From positions 1 through 15,472 of the IMG/VR virus record IMGVR_UViG_2703718837_000003: a DNA stretch of 15,472 nt. One strand, written 5' to 3'. Numbering within the stretch: position 1 is the first letter of the stretch; each line of letters starts with the position of its first letter. The position numbers were made by a program, and so were the translations under genes. Shown here piece after piece: positions 1 through 10,769 of the stretch. The notes below the pieces were generated by a model that saw only the letters and a program-made list of their open reading frames with translations, made no database searches and had not been told where the DNA came from. The stretch comes from a virus (lineage: Duplodnaviria; Heunggongvirae; Uroviricota; Caudoviricetes).

Positions 1-2
1 AA

Positions 3-101
3 GGAAACATAAAGAAAAAGTCATGGCTGGATAACAAAGAATTATTACAAACAGCGATATCAGTTCTTAAAGACAACAAAAATTTAAATGGTAAAATGTA
101 A
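3..101 (+). CDS. 3' end of a hypothetical ORF entering from the left window edge (C-terminus ...SWLDNKELLQTAISVLKDNKNLNGKM)
   Basis: Open frame from position 3 to TAA at 99-101 with no start in the window. It sits where a ydfK/ynaE-like gene lies upstream of pin in Qin/Rac-type prophages, but identity is not confirmed. Confidence 0.25.
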   Translation, partial: GNIKKKSWLDNKELLQTAISVLKDNKNLNGKM

Positions 102-419
102 TATAATAAACTTACTTTTTTATCATTTTTCCACTTTAACAACATTTTGCTCCACTTTTCCACGACCAAACAACTTGAAATCTGGTTAAAATAACACGCA
201 ACACTATTCTTCTTCCTTGAGTCCGCCCGGAACTCGAAAAACAAACCGAGTTAAGGCCATTTTTCACAAAATCGATTTTGGGTCTCACCAAAATTACGGG
301 GTTGCATACGCATTCGTTTATTTTCGAACGTGTACATACAAATATGTACAAAAATAATCAAAATTATTTTCTGAGATGCATTATGATATGTACACCAATT
401 TCGTATAGAAGATCTCACT

Positions 420-1010
420 ATGTCTCGAATTTATGCTTACTGTCGGGTATCAACTCTGGAACAGACAACCAAAAATCAACGTCGGGAAATCGAAAGTGCA
501 GGTTTTAACATCAAATCTCAGCAAATAATTGAAGAACAAATTAGCGGCTCAGCAGCAACCAGTGAGCGTCCTGGTTTTAACCAGTTGCTTGATCGACTGA
601 AAAGAGGTGATGCATTGATTGTCACAAAACTGGATCGCCTCGGTTGTAATCCAATGGATATCAGTAAAACGGTGGAACAACTGACCAAAGCAGGTATCAA
701 AGTGCATTGCTTAGCATTGGGGGGCGTTGACCTGACCAGTCCACCTGGAAAAATGATGATGCAAGTAATTTCAGCAGTCGCTGAATTTGAGCGAGACCTT
801 TTACTTGAGCGTACTCATTCAGGGATATTAAGAGCACGGGGCGCAGGAAAGCGATTTGGTCGCCCACCTGTGTTAAATGATGAACAAATACAGAGGGTAC
901 TAGAGCAAATTAAGTCAGGTATAAATATAAGTGACATTGCCCAAGAATTCAAAACCTCGCGGCAAACCATTTTAAGAGCTAAAGCAAAAAATCAGACACC
1001 TGATATATAA
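420..1010 (+). CDS. pinQ: Serine recombinase, Pin/Gin/Hin-family DNA invertase
   Basis: 196-aa [18 protein letters not shown]... with the resolvase/invertase N-terminal catalytic serine motif (YxRVST) and a C-terminal helix-turn-helix. Q versus R suffix is inferred from Qin-like synteny (cspI, cspB, cspF, hok). Confidence 0.9.
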   Translation: MSRIYAYCRVSTLEQTTKNQRREIESAGFNIKSQQIIEEQISGSAATSERPGFNQLLDRLKRGDALIVTKLDRLGCNPMDISKTVEQLTKAGIKVHCLALGGVDLTSPPGKMMMQVISAVAEFERDLLLERTHSGILRARGAGKRFGRPPVLNDEQIQRVLEQIKSGINISDIAQEFKTSRQTILRAKAKNQTPDI

Positions 1011-1107
1011 AAATAATCTCGGTGTGAGATTCCTTACGTTTTCCAAGCCCCCCTTCCTAGCCTTAAATGGAAAGATACTTCTAATTATAGAATTTATATA
1101 TCTTACC

Positions 1108-1683
1108 CTACGGTAGGGCTGGCCATTCAATATCCGGTGCAGTTGATGTATCAACACGGTTCAGCAACACCCGATACTTTTTCCAGGCTTCCAGCAACAA
1201 GGTTTCTTCCTCCGTTGCGATCTCCAGATCCACAGCATCCTGAAGCGGCGCTATATGCTCACTGGCTACCTGCATCAGGCTGTTTTTTGTTTCTTCCGCC
1301 TCCCGGATCCGGAACAGTTTTTCTGCTTCCGTATCCTTCACCCAGGCTGTGCCGTTCCACTTCTGAAACTCCCCTTCCGGGGATAACCAGGTGACATTTT
1401 CCGGTAATGAGCCGAGTTCAGAAATAAATAACGCGTCGCCGGAAGCCACGTCATAAACCGTTTTACCCCGATGATCTTCAACGAGATGCCACGATGACTC
1501 ATCACTGTTGAAAACAGCCACGAAACCAGCCGGAATATCTGGCGGTGCAATATAGGTACTGTTTGCAGGCAGACCTGTATGAGGTGGAATATATGCGTCA
1601 CCGTCACCAATAAATTCATTAGTTCCGGACAACAGATTATAAATTTTTATGGTCCGTGCTTGTTCACTCATTCTGAATGCCAT
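1108..1683 (-). CDS. tfaQ: Tail fibre assembly protein Tfa (lambda tfa family)
   Basis: The C-terminal 191 aa of the long minus-strand ORF, starting [18 protein letters not shown]...[10 protein letters not shown], is near-identical to remembered lambda Tfa. ATG is at 1681-1683 (minus strand) and the stop at 1108-1110. Confidence 0.85.
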   Translation of the reverse strand: MAFRMSEQARTIKIYNLLSGTNEFIGDGDAYIPPHTGLPANSTYIAPPDIPAGFVAVFNSDESSWHLVEDHRGKTVYDVASGDALFISELGSLPENVTWLSPEGEFQKWNGTAWVKDTEAEKLFRIREAEETKNSLMQVASEHIAPLQDAVDLEIATEEETLLLEAWKKYRVLLNRVDTSTAPDIEWPALP

Positions 1684-4600
1684 TATGCAAGCCTCACAAT
1701 ATAATGCGATGTTTTTGACGGTGTTTTCCGCGTTACCAGCAGCGTTAACGGTGATGGTGTGTCCATGTGAGCCAATCGCAACCGAGTGCGTATGCGCACC
1801 AATACCTACAGTATGTGCATGTGCGCCAGAACTTGCTGCAGTACCAGACAGCGAGTGGGTATGAGCACCTGCTGACTGTGTCTGAATACGTTGATAATAC
1901 GATCTACTGGAAGAAGTCCCCGGGCTTACTTGATACTGTGAATCCTGGACATAAGTGAACCCACCGCCATCATAAAATGCTAACGCAGAACCGCCGCCTC
2001 CTGGCCAACGAATACCATTACCGTGAGTATGAGCACCGGCAGACCCCGTAGAGCCACTCAGACTGTGCGTATGCGCCCCGGTGTTATTCGTGGATTTAGT
2101 GCCGTAATCAAACGACGATGTGGTTTTCGTCCCCAAATCCGTACTGGATGCGCTGGCGCTGTGGGTATGCGATTTAATGCCATCCTGTTCCTGAGACAAT
2201 ACGGCACGACCACTGGCGGGCTTGCCCTTAATCGTCCAGCCACGCATATCAGGGATCACGCCTGACGGATAAGCGGCTGCAAGTTTCGGGTAGGCAGATT
2301 TGTCAAAAGTCTGCCCCTGCATCAGGGCATAACCAGACGGAACGGTATCTGATGGCCACGGGATTGGTGCGCCGACTGGGTAGCTTTCTGGTGGAGGATT
2401 TTTCGAGGTATAAACTTCTGCCCAGTCTTCCTCAAAACCATAGCCATCTCTTGAGGAACGGTAGAACAGACCACCATTTCTGTAATGCGCCTTCATCTGC
2501 AGGGTCCGGCAACTTCCGACTCCGGTATAGAAGTTAACCAGAATATAGCTGTCGCCAGAGCGGGTGACATTGTAAGCGCCTGATTCGGCATTCCAGGGAA
2601 CGCCACCATCCGCATCGGCATATGTATCCGTTGCCCTTCTGGCAAAAGCAGCCACATGCGCGGCGGTTAAAGTAATATCTTTGGAACCATCAAACTCAAC
2701 ACCAGAAACCAGTCTTGGCGTTTGCAGCTTTGTTGCTGTTAATGCATTACCGTTCAGACTTGCGGACAGTTTGGTTCCAATAACCAGCTCGCCGGTTGCG
2801 TTATCAATAGCAAACGGTCTTAATGTATTCCAGCCACCATAAACATCACCTTGATTGGTAAGCAGCAGGTAAGTTTTAGCGCCATCATTACGCCATAATG
2901 CACCATACTCCCCACCTATCATTCGAATCTGATTACCACCACGCGCTACAATTTCGTCTGTGGCAAAAAGTTTTTTGCACGACAAGTTATCGTTAACGAT
3001 TAACGAATGAGACTCATAAAAACCACGCCCACTCTTAAAATCAAGGATAACGTCCGCCGCGATACATTCAGTCGCTGGATTTGTTGCCCCAAACTTATAG
3101 GTCGTATCATTAACAACGAGATCAGCACCAGGTGCGGATATTGACAGGCCATCTTCGATAAACGCAAAAACAGGGAAAGCAGCGCCATCAACATAGAACA
3201 CAGAGCGCAAATCATCGCCCTTATTACTCATCATTATTGAGTGGATGGCTCGTTCATTGTTTTGATATTGCCAGAACATTCCATAAGCATAACGCCCCCT
3301 GTCAGTCCAGCCACCAGGCATAACAAATCCGTTAAACTCGCAGTTATTCATCGGATCGCCTGCGATTCGCGTTGCCGTGGTGATAATGACCCTTGATGCC
3401 AGTTCGCTTACTGAGCCAGCAGAACGCATAACAACAACAGGGTAATATTTTCCAGATGTTGCACCTGCAGGAGCGTTAACCCGCACATAACGCATACCAC
3501 GCTTATCAGCAAAGTCTGTTTTACTGACCGCGTTAATGTTGTTCAGGAAGCGTCCCTTATCGGGTATATCAGCGCCGTTCTGGTTTTTCTGCAGACGTTT
3601 CTCTGCATTGTCATAGGCTGATTTTACTGCCTTTGGCGTTGCCGCCAGCGTTTCAGACGTACTGTTGGTCGCACTGCTGAGCTGTACTATCCCCTTTTTC
3701 GTCGTACTTGCATCCTCAAGCGCCACGGCGGATGCAATATCCTCTGCCCGTTTAGCTGCTGTCTCGGCGCGCGTTGCCGCGGATTCCGCCGTACTTTTGC
3801 TCTGAGCTGCCGCCGTCGCACTGCCAGCTGCCTCTGTCGCCTTCGTGGATGCCGTCGTGGCGCTGCTCTTCGCTGCTGACGCCTGTCTGGTCGCCTCATC
3901 TTTTGAAGCAGACGCCGATGATGCCGATGACGCCGCCGAACTGGCTGACGATGCGGCAGCCGTTTTTGAGGATTCTGCGCTGGTTTCCGACGCTTTCGCG
4001 TTCGTTTCGGATGTCTTCGCTGCGGAAGCAGAACTCGCTGCTGCGCTGGCCTGTTCAGTGGCTTCGCCAGCCTTCGTTGTGGCTGTTGAAGCAGACGATG
4101 CGGCACTTTCTGCCGACTTTCCGGCAGCGGTGGCACTGGCTGAGGCCTGCCCGGCACTTGTTGACGCGGCGCTGGCAGATGATGCAGCCGCTGTTTTTGA
4201 GTCTGCTGCTGCGGAGGCACTCTGTTCCGCTGCCGTCTCAGAAGACCTGGCGTTCGTCTCGGACGTTTTTGCCGCCTTCGCGGAATTTCCTGCCGCCGTT
4301 GCCGAGGAAGCTGCGCTACTGGCGCTCGAGGATGCGTTCGTTTCTGATGATTTCGCTGCCTCTTTTGAGGCCGCCGCATCCCGGGCTGAGGTGGCAGCTT
4401 CTGACGCTTTCGTGGTCGCGGTGGATGCAGAAGTGGCTGCTGATTGTTGTGATGCTGCGGCATTCGTTTCTGACTTTTTCGCCGCACCGGCACTGGTGGC
4501 CGCCGCGCTTTTTGAGGACTCTGCAGCGGCAGCACTTTTTTCCGCTTCAGTGGCCTTTGTTGATGCCGTTCCTGCGCTGGAAGACGCTGACTGATCCGGT

Positions 4601-5403
4601 TCATTACGGTAGCCGGTCATGGCATCCATAGCTGGCTGAAAATATTCACCGCAGTGCGGACATGGCCAGTACCAGCGGCGGCGGTCACCTCGATTGTAAA
4701 GGGAAAGAATACCAGTCGTCGGTGGCGCTTCATGAGGCGACTTACGTCGCCATTTGCTGTCGCAGATGTCACGTCCCGGCGAGCTCTCCACCAGAGTCAT
4801 CCCGGCGGACATAAATGTGGTGGTACGTTTTGAGGCCAGGGAGAAACCATCACCCTCGCTGTCGATATTCTCCGGAAAACGGTCGTAATCGGTTAAGGCG
4901 ACAAACCGGTAATCCGACGACGACATAATGTTGACCGAGGGCCAACCAATTTTAAGGAACGAGCCATCCCTGAACGTCTTATCATGGACATTATTGTCGT
5001 TACGACGTGGACTCATTCTTTTCTTTACCGCCGCACTGCTTCTGAACGTTCTGTCGAGGCGCTTTTTAGAATGCTCGCGGGCCTTATCTTCGGTCATCTG
5101 CACAACGAGCATGTCCGAAGGATCGCAAACGATGGTATAGACAATCCATCCATCGATCAGACCAATGGTCTTCCCTGTTCGCGCAGGACCAACAAAAATC
5201 ACCGCATCGTATTCACGCGATGCCAGGCAGTTCATGGGCTCAATGATGTAGGGTGTCAGTTCAGGATCCCATGGCACCGAGTTACCAGCCCCCTTGGGAA
5301 CACGCATGAATTTTTTAACAGCCTCCGAAATCGGCATGCGACGTGGTGGGGAAAATCCTGCCGATATGTCCCTTCCCAAATTTCGGGCTGATGAAAAACC
5401 CAT
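1684..5403 (-). CDS. Composite ORF: N-terminal ~270 aa of a lambda A-type large terminase fused in frame to a side tail fibre protein (StfR/StfQ-like) lacking its N-terminus
   Basis: The first ~270 aa carry a Walker-A-like VGPARTGKT and a CPHCGEY zinc-finger-like motif, as in lambda gpA. From ~aa 271 the sequence is Ser/Ala-rich repeats ([28 protein letters not shown]...) and the C-terminal domain (GAPIPWPSD..., GAHTHSLSG..., [21 protein letters not shown]) matches remembered lambda/K-12 Stf. A GGAGGA Shine-Dalgarno precedes the ATG at 5401-5403 and overlaps the stop of the upstream small-terminase gene. No stop separates this from tfa. Confidence 0.8.
3750..4595 (-). repeat. GC-rich low-complexity Ser/Ala/Thr-rich coding repeat inside the tail fibre gene
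   Basis: Reiterated motifs ([23 protein letters not shown]) in the Stf frame. The region lacks stop codons in several frames, producing the overlapping track ORFs 3687-4604(-), 3774-4631(+) and 3845-4594(+). Confidence 0.7.
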
Positions 5404-5411
5404 TATTCCTC

Positions 5412-5939
5412 CTAGAGACTCTCTCCTTCCTCATCAGGAATTAATTCAGCAGCACAAGCCTCGTAGGATTTTTCCTGAAGAGTGTATCGCAGGTCATCAA
5501 TGGCCTGCTGTACAACGCCGACGGCCTGAGGAGTCAGAGCGCAATCGCGTTCAAGAACATCCGGAATTGTCTCCAGAACCTGGACGACAGCCTTTCTCAT
5601 GGACGAATAGACGATGACTACTTCATCAACTGGGATGAGTTTTCGCTGCTCCTTTTCCAGCTTGATCCTTTCATTTTCAGACTGGTACCAGTCCTTTCTC
5701 TCTTTCGGCTCCATACGGGATGGATCATGAACAGAGTCTGCTGCCTCATGCTTCACACTAAACAGGGCGGGCCCGACATGCTGCAGGGCGTAAACGGGGT
5801 TCCCCCTGACAGTCGCAGCCACAGGAGTGTTGGCCGCGAGGAGCCGTTTTTTTACTGTGTCCCGGTGAAGCCCAAAGGCCTCGGCGATTTTAAAAACACT
5901 CCAGTAATAAGCATCACCGATCCCGCTCACATTTGACAT
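5412..5939 (-). CDS. Terminase small subunit (Nu1/NohA-like DNA-packaging protein)
   Basis: ~175-aa ORF immediately downstream of the cos-like site and immediately upstream of, and coupled to, the terminase large-subunit start. Preferred start is the second ATG (MSNVSGIGD...) with GGAG 7 nt upstream. Assignment is by position and architecture; the sequence is not a close lambda Nu1 match. Confidence 0.6.
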   Translation of the reverse strand: MSNVSGIGDAYYWSVFKIAEAFGLHRDTVKKRLLAANTPVAATVRGNPVYALQHVGPALFSVKHEAADSVHDPSRMEPKERKDWYQSENERIKLEKEQRKLIPVDEVVIVYSSMRKAVVQVLETIPDVLERDCALTPQAVGVVQQAIDDLRYTLQEKSYEACAAELIPDEEGESL

Positions 5940-6114
5940 AAGCAACTCCATCTGGCAGGTGAAAATCAGGTTTATTTATATATTTCAATTAATTGCAAAC
6001 TGGTCTAATGACAGGAAGAAAAAAATATTGTACAGGTGAAAAGAGAAATAACTTTTAATTATCAATAAATTACCAAACATGCTGCCGCCGCCATGGAAAT
6101 GCAAAAACTAGCCT

Positions 6115-6140
6115 TTTTCCGCGACGCTCCCGCCCCGTGG
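6115..6140. other. cosN-like cohesive-end site
   Basis: The minus-strand reading ACGGGGCGGGAGCGTCGCGGAAAAAGG resembles the remembered lambda cos junction ...ACGGGGCGGCGACCTCGCGGGTTTTCG. It lies ~180 bp upstream of the small-terminase start, as in lambda. Confidence 0.5.
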
Positions 6141-6315
6141 CAGGGGCCCCCACCGGGAGGACCCGACAGCCTGACAGCCGTGACGAGCATCTGATACAGC
6201 GCTTTACATAATGGCATAGGAATAATTCAGAAGGACATCACAGCATGCCCACACAAATTAGTGTGAGTGTCCTGTTTCTTTCTACGCACAGGACTGACGA
6301 GCATGAGGGGAAAAT

Positions 6316-6483
6316 ATGCGAACCATAAATGCCTCATCTTCAGCAATGCAGCCGGCATTCGAACAGGACGATATTGTAAATTCACCTAATTACGAGGACA
6401 TTGCAGTAGTTGAATTGCAGCTCTGTATTAGCATGACAGTGACAGAATGCGACATTGACTCTGTCACAGGTGAAATAGTTTGA
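6316..6483 (+). CDS. Hypothetical small protein (55 aa)
   Basis: ATG at 6316 preceded by GAGGGG 5 nt upstream, stop TGA at 6481-6483. Acidic product MRTINASSSAMQPAFEQDDIV..., below the ORF-track length cutoff, no recognised homologue. Confidence 0.3.
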   Translation: MRTINASSSAMQPAFEQDDIVNSPNYEDIAVVELQLCISMTVTECDIDSVTGEIV

Positions 6484-6503
6484 ATGATTAGCAGTTATGG
6501 TGC

Positions 6504-6710
6504 TCAGTCAACCACCAGGGAATAATCCTTCGAATTCTTATCGTGCTTCACCAACGCTGCCTCAATTGCCCTGAATGCTTCCAGAGACACCTGATGTTCT
6601 ATACATGCAATTACAACATCCGGGTAACTCATAGAAATGGTGCTATTAAGCATATTTTTTACACGAATCAGATCCAACGAGAGTTCATCAGCAGATTGTT
6701 CTTTATTCAT
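6504..6710 (-). CDS. Hypothetical small protein (68 aa)
   Basis: Track [23 protein letters not shown]... with GGAG 7 nt upstream of the ATG. Convergent with the 55-aa ORF; may correspond to a ynfO-type Qin cargo gene but this is not confirmed. Confidence 0.45.
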   Translation of the reverse strand: MNKEQSADELSLDLIRVKNMLNSTISMSYPDVVIACIEHQVSLEAFRAIEAALVKHDKNSKDYSLVVD

Positions 6711-7010
6711 TTTGTCGCTCCATGCGTTTGCTCGTCATCTAGCGGTTAAAATATTACTTCAAATCTTTCTACATAAAAGAGGAAAAGTATGAAAGTTTGA
6801 GTACATCGACCTTACATACATCTGTCGGTTGCATATCCCTCCTGGATGCCAGCAAGGCTCAACTTTGTTACGCAATCAACACTATTCATTAAAAACAGGC
6901 TTAATATTTGACATAAATCATCAACAAAACACAAAGAGGTCAGACCAGATTGAAACAATAAACACGATAATGCAAACTACGCGCCATCGTATCACATGGA
7001 AGGTTTACCA

Positions 7011-7421
7011 ATGGCTCAGGCTGCCATTTTTAAAGAAATATTCGATCAAGTGCGTAAAGATTTAAACTGTGAATTATTTTATTCTGAGCTAAAACGTCAC
7101 AATGTCTCACTTTATATTTACTATTTAGCCACAGATAATATTCACATTGTGTTAGAAAACGACAACATAGTGTTAGTAAAAGGACTCAAAAAGGTTGTAA
7201 ATGTTAAATTCTCCAGAAACAAACATCTTATAGAGACCTCCTATAATAAGTTGAAATCAAAAGAAATCACATTTCAACAATACAGGGAAAATCTTGCTAA
7301 AGCAGGAGTTTTCCGATGGGTTACAAATATCCAGGAACACCAAAGATATTACTATGCCTTTGATAACTCATTACTATTTACTGAAAGCATCCAGAAAACT
7401 ACACAGATCTTACCACGCTAA
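7011..7421 (+). CDS. ydfO: DUF1398-family protein YdfO
   Basis: [32 protein letters not shown]... matches remembered K-12 YdfO. Start chosen at the second ATG (7011), which has GGAAGG 7 nt upstream; the track ORF starts 15 nt earlier. Confidence 0.8.
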   Translation: MAQAAIFKEIFDQVRKDLNCELFYSELKRHNVSLYIYYLATDNIHIVLENDNIVLVKGLKKVVNVKFSRNKHLIETSYNKLKSKEITFQQYRENLAKAGVFRWVTNIQEHQRYYYAFDNSLLFTESIQKTTQILPR

Positions 7422-7521
7422 ACCATAACGTCCGGCTTCTCTCACTCCTGAGCCGGACTGCATTGGTTTAATAAAAACCATCAACAATTGTGATTTAGAT
7501 ATTCGGAACCATTCAAATATA

Positions 7522-7550
7522 ACAAAACCCCGTAAAAACGAGGTTTATGG
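7522..7550 (-). terminator. Candidate rho-independent terminator downstream of gnsB
   Basis: On the minus strand, a 7-bp stem (one G-U pair) with a short loop followed by TTTTGTT. Confidence 0.35.
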
Positions 7551-7572
7551 ATAAATTTTATTATTGAATACA

Positions 7573-7746
7573 TCAGATTAAATTAATCTTGACATCATAG
7601 CTTTCAAGACCCGTCATTTTTTCCCGTGCGGTAAACTGAATACTGGTAACTTCCTTCCCGGTCTTTTTCTTAAGTTCAATAATTTTTTTTGTTATATATT
7701 CAGAAATATCTGCTTCTGCTTTTGTTTTTAAGTCTTCAATATTCAT
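7573..7746 (-). CDS. gnsB: GnsB (Gns family, 57 aa)
   Basis: Hand translation of the minus strand gives MNIEDLKTKAEADISEYITKKIIELKKKTGKEVTSIQFTAREKMTGLESYDVKINLI, matching the Gns family. Absent from the ORF track because it is under 60 aa. Confidence 0.8.
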   Translation of the reverse strand: MNIEDLKTKAEADISEYITKKIIELKKKTGKEVTSIQFTAREKMTGLESYDVKINLI

Positions 7747-7917
7747 CATTTCCTCTTTTAGTCTGTTATGACTTTCCAGTTACACAGTAAGTCGATTATA
7801 TGGTGCAAACGTGTAAAAGATAAGATGAAACATCGCAATAATCAACATACGATAGTCTAAATTTTACACAAACAGACAAAGAGAATTTTCCTGAATTATC
7901 AATGCAATAGCATCAAA

Positions 7918-8148
7918 TCAACTCAAGAGCCTTATTGCTGCTTCCAGAATTTCTTCTGAAGTAACATGTCGATCCGCGGCTACATAAATGACTTTATGAT
8001 CTCCGGTCAGAGATGGAAACCCTGCGGCCATTACAGTAAGGTGTGTTTTTTCGCCATTTGGATATTCACGCATGATGGTGTTAACTCCAGTCATCGCTGG
8101 CACTACCACTGCTGGTTCAGAGTTAAAAAAAACTATGATTTTTTTCAT
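7918..8148 (-). CDS. ynfN: Small cold-shock-associated protein YnfN
   Basis: The C-terminal 51 aa (MREYPNGEKTHLTVMAAGFPSLTGDHKVIYVAADRHVTSEEILEAAIRLLS) match remembered YnfN. The frame is open upstream to 8190, so the start is uncertain (8073, 8148 or 8190). Confidence 0.6.
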   Translation of the reverse strand: MKKIIVFFNSEPAVVVPAMTGVNTIMREYPNGEKTHLTVMAAGFPSLTGDHKVIYVAADRHVTSEEILEAAIRLLS

Positions 8149-8189
8149 GATGTTACCGTAGTATGTGAGTATCCATCGAATAGACACCA

Positions 8190-8217
8190 AGCAAAAAAGC
8201 TCCCGAAGGAGCCTTCA
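8190..8217 (-). terminator. Rho-independent terminator downstream of cspI
   Basis: Minus-strand GC stem (GCTCC-TTCG-GGAGC) followed by TTTTTT. Confidence 0.55.
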
Positions 8218-8419
8218 TTTTCACTTTTTTAAATCCAACGACAGACGGCTGGCATTTAAGTATTGTGAAATATTATCAAATGTAATCATCATTGATTTAC
8301 AAAAGATACATTTTGCCCCGAAAGGATTCATGTCAGAAACATCAAAAGATGATGTTCTATACTGGGAACCATGACAACACGGGCATCTAAAGTGAATATG
8401 GTTTGTAATATTGTCTACC

Positions 8420-8632
8420 TCAAAGCGCCACTACATGAACAGCGGCAGGACCTTTAGGTCCGTTCTCAATACCAAATTCAACTTCCTGATTCTCAGTTAA
8501 TGTTTTGAAATCGTTGCTCTGAATTGCTGAGAAATGGACAAACACATCTTTGCTGCCATCTTTCGGCGTGATGAAACCAAAACCTTTTTCAGGGTTAAAC
8601 CATTTCACTAAACCAGTCATTTTGTTAGACAT
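8420..8632 (-). CDS. cspI: Cold-shock protein CspI
   Basis: The 70-aa product [70 protein letters not shown] is a full cold-shock domain matching CspI. AAGG lies ~7 nt upstream of the ATG, as in csp genes. Confidence 0.95.
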   Translation of the reverse strand: MSNKMTGLVKWFNPEKGFGFITPKDGSKDVFVHFSAIQSNDFKTLTENQEVEFGIENGPKGPAAVHVVAL

Positions 8633-8994
8633 AATTATTACCTTTTGAAGAAATTAGCCCTTGGGCAGAATGGTCCGAAAAAAAATATCAGAGAGAAAAA
8701 CCAACAAGGAAATCTCAAGAGGTACAAATAATAAAATTATAACAATGACTGCTTCAGATAAATTTGTAACAAACCAGAACACCATTAACGCATGATTAAC
8801 CACCCATAGCAAGGATTACTTTTGTAAAGAAAAACACAGCAATGAAAGAATAGCTTTATTTATTAATAAAACGTGTCATTCTGATTAAGACCTTTTATCT
8901 TACCCTTAAGATTTCAGGAATTTTGGCTCATGGAAGAGTCCTTTTTATTTAAATTTTACATTCCGCGATGTAAATGTTCCGATTTAATATTACC

Positions 8995-10018
<1,024 letters not shown>

Positions 10019-10022
<4 letters not shown>

Positions 10023-10330
10023 ATATATTTATGATGAGGACGCTCGTGCTTATTGGCAGGATTTTCAATCTTAAAGGAGTACTGATGCTGCAGATAAGAC
10101 TCAACTTTTTCTGACAATTTTTCTGCTACTTCCAGGAAGACTTGCCGGACGCTCCTTCTGGCTGCTGCCTCATAAAACTCCAGCGCAGCTCCTTCAACAC
10201 GGTCCATGGCGACATCCAAGCCAAAAATTTCACCGTCAAAGCGTTCTTTGTCCTGTAAGGCTACAGTTACCGTAACTTTATTCTCAAAATTACGGACTCC
10301 TTTCACAACCAGTTCATAGTCTTGAGTCAT
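10019..10330 (-). CDS. ydfR: DUF1327-family protein YdfR, between holin and endolysin
   Basis: 103-aa ORF MTQDYELVVKGVRNFENKVTVTVALQDK... with GAGGAG 9 nt upstream of the ATG. Confidence 0.75.
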
Positions 10331-10334
10331 TGGA

Positions 10335-10550
10335 TTACTCTCCTCTCGCAGCCTTACGCCTGTCTTCTTTAATCTTGAAATAAAGATTTGTCAGATACGT
10401 CAGCAGGCCAAAAACCAGGCTACCCAGCACACCGATTGCAGCCCACTGTGACGGAGTTACTTTATCGAGTAACTGCAATGCCCAGAAACCAGCATTACCC
10501 GCCGATGTGCCATAGGCAACACCTGTTGTTAACTTATCCATTGATTTCAT
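10335..10550 (-). CDS. essQ: Class II holin / pinholin (phage 21 S-type)
   Basis: 71 aa from [28 protein letters not shown]... with the dual-start motif (Met1, Met4) and two transmembrane segments, matching S21. The track ORF extends 25 codons upstream; the start is placed at the MKSM Met with GAGGA just upstream. Confidence 0.85.
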   Translation of the reverse strand: MKSMDKLTTGVAYGTSAGNAGFWALQLLDKVTPSQWAAIGVLGSLVFGLLTYLTNLYFKIKEDRRKAARGE

Positions 10551-10769
10551 ATCCTCACCCCGATGTACACGGATGGTGCAATATGTTTGAAAAGATCGGA
10601 GTCTACGGGGTAGTTTTGACAGCACACGTTGTTCTCAACGGCGCTAAAGAAACATACACATTAAAAATGTGAGTAATTATTTTGAAAGAAAGTCATATAT
10701 AAAATAATAATACGAGAAATGTTTTCATATTTAGTGTACTGTATACGGCCATTTATACAGGAAAAGCCT

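Noticed and set aside
231-262. Partial match to a gix/hix crossover half-site (AAACCGAG) upstream of pin
   Set aside because: Only 8 bp match the consensus, which is expected by chance in 15 kb, and the other half-site does not match.
136-351. 71-aa minus-strand ORF upstream of pin
   Set aside because: AT-rich intergenic sequence, no Shine-Dalgarno, non-protein-like composition.
1030-1050. TTCCTTACGTTTTCCAAG between pin and tfa, resembling parts of invertase crossover sites
   Set aside because: No consistent 26-bp alignment, and no partner site identified.
1137-3215. Shorter track ORFs inside the tail fibre and tfa coding region on either strand (for example 1137-1394, 1338-1619, 1649-1864, 2023-2265, 3000-3215)
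   Set aside because: They are alternative-frame or antisense frames within a gene whose primary frame has strong homology.
3687-4631. Three long track ORFs overlapping the tail fibre gene (3687-4604 minus; 3774-4631 and 3845-4594 plus)
   Set aside because: They lie in the Ser/Ala repeat, where GC-rich low-complexity sequence lacks stops in several frames. Their products are Pro/Arg/Gln- or Ala/Asp-rich junk with no start signals, while the Stf frame matches a known protein.
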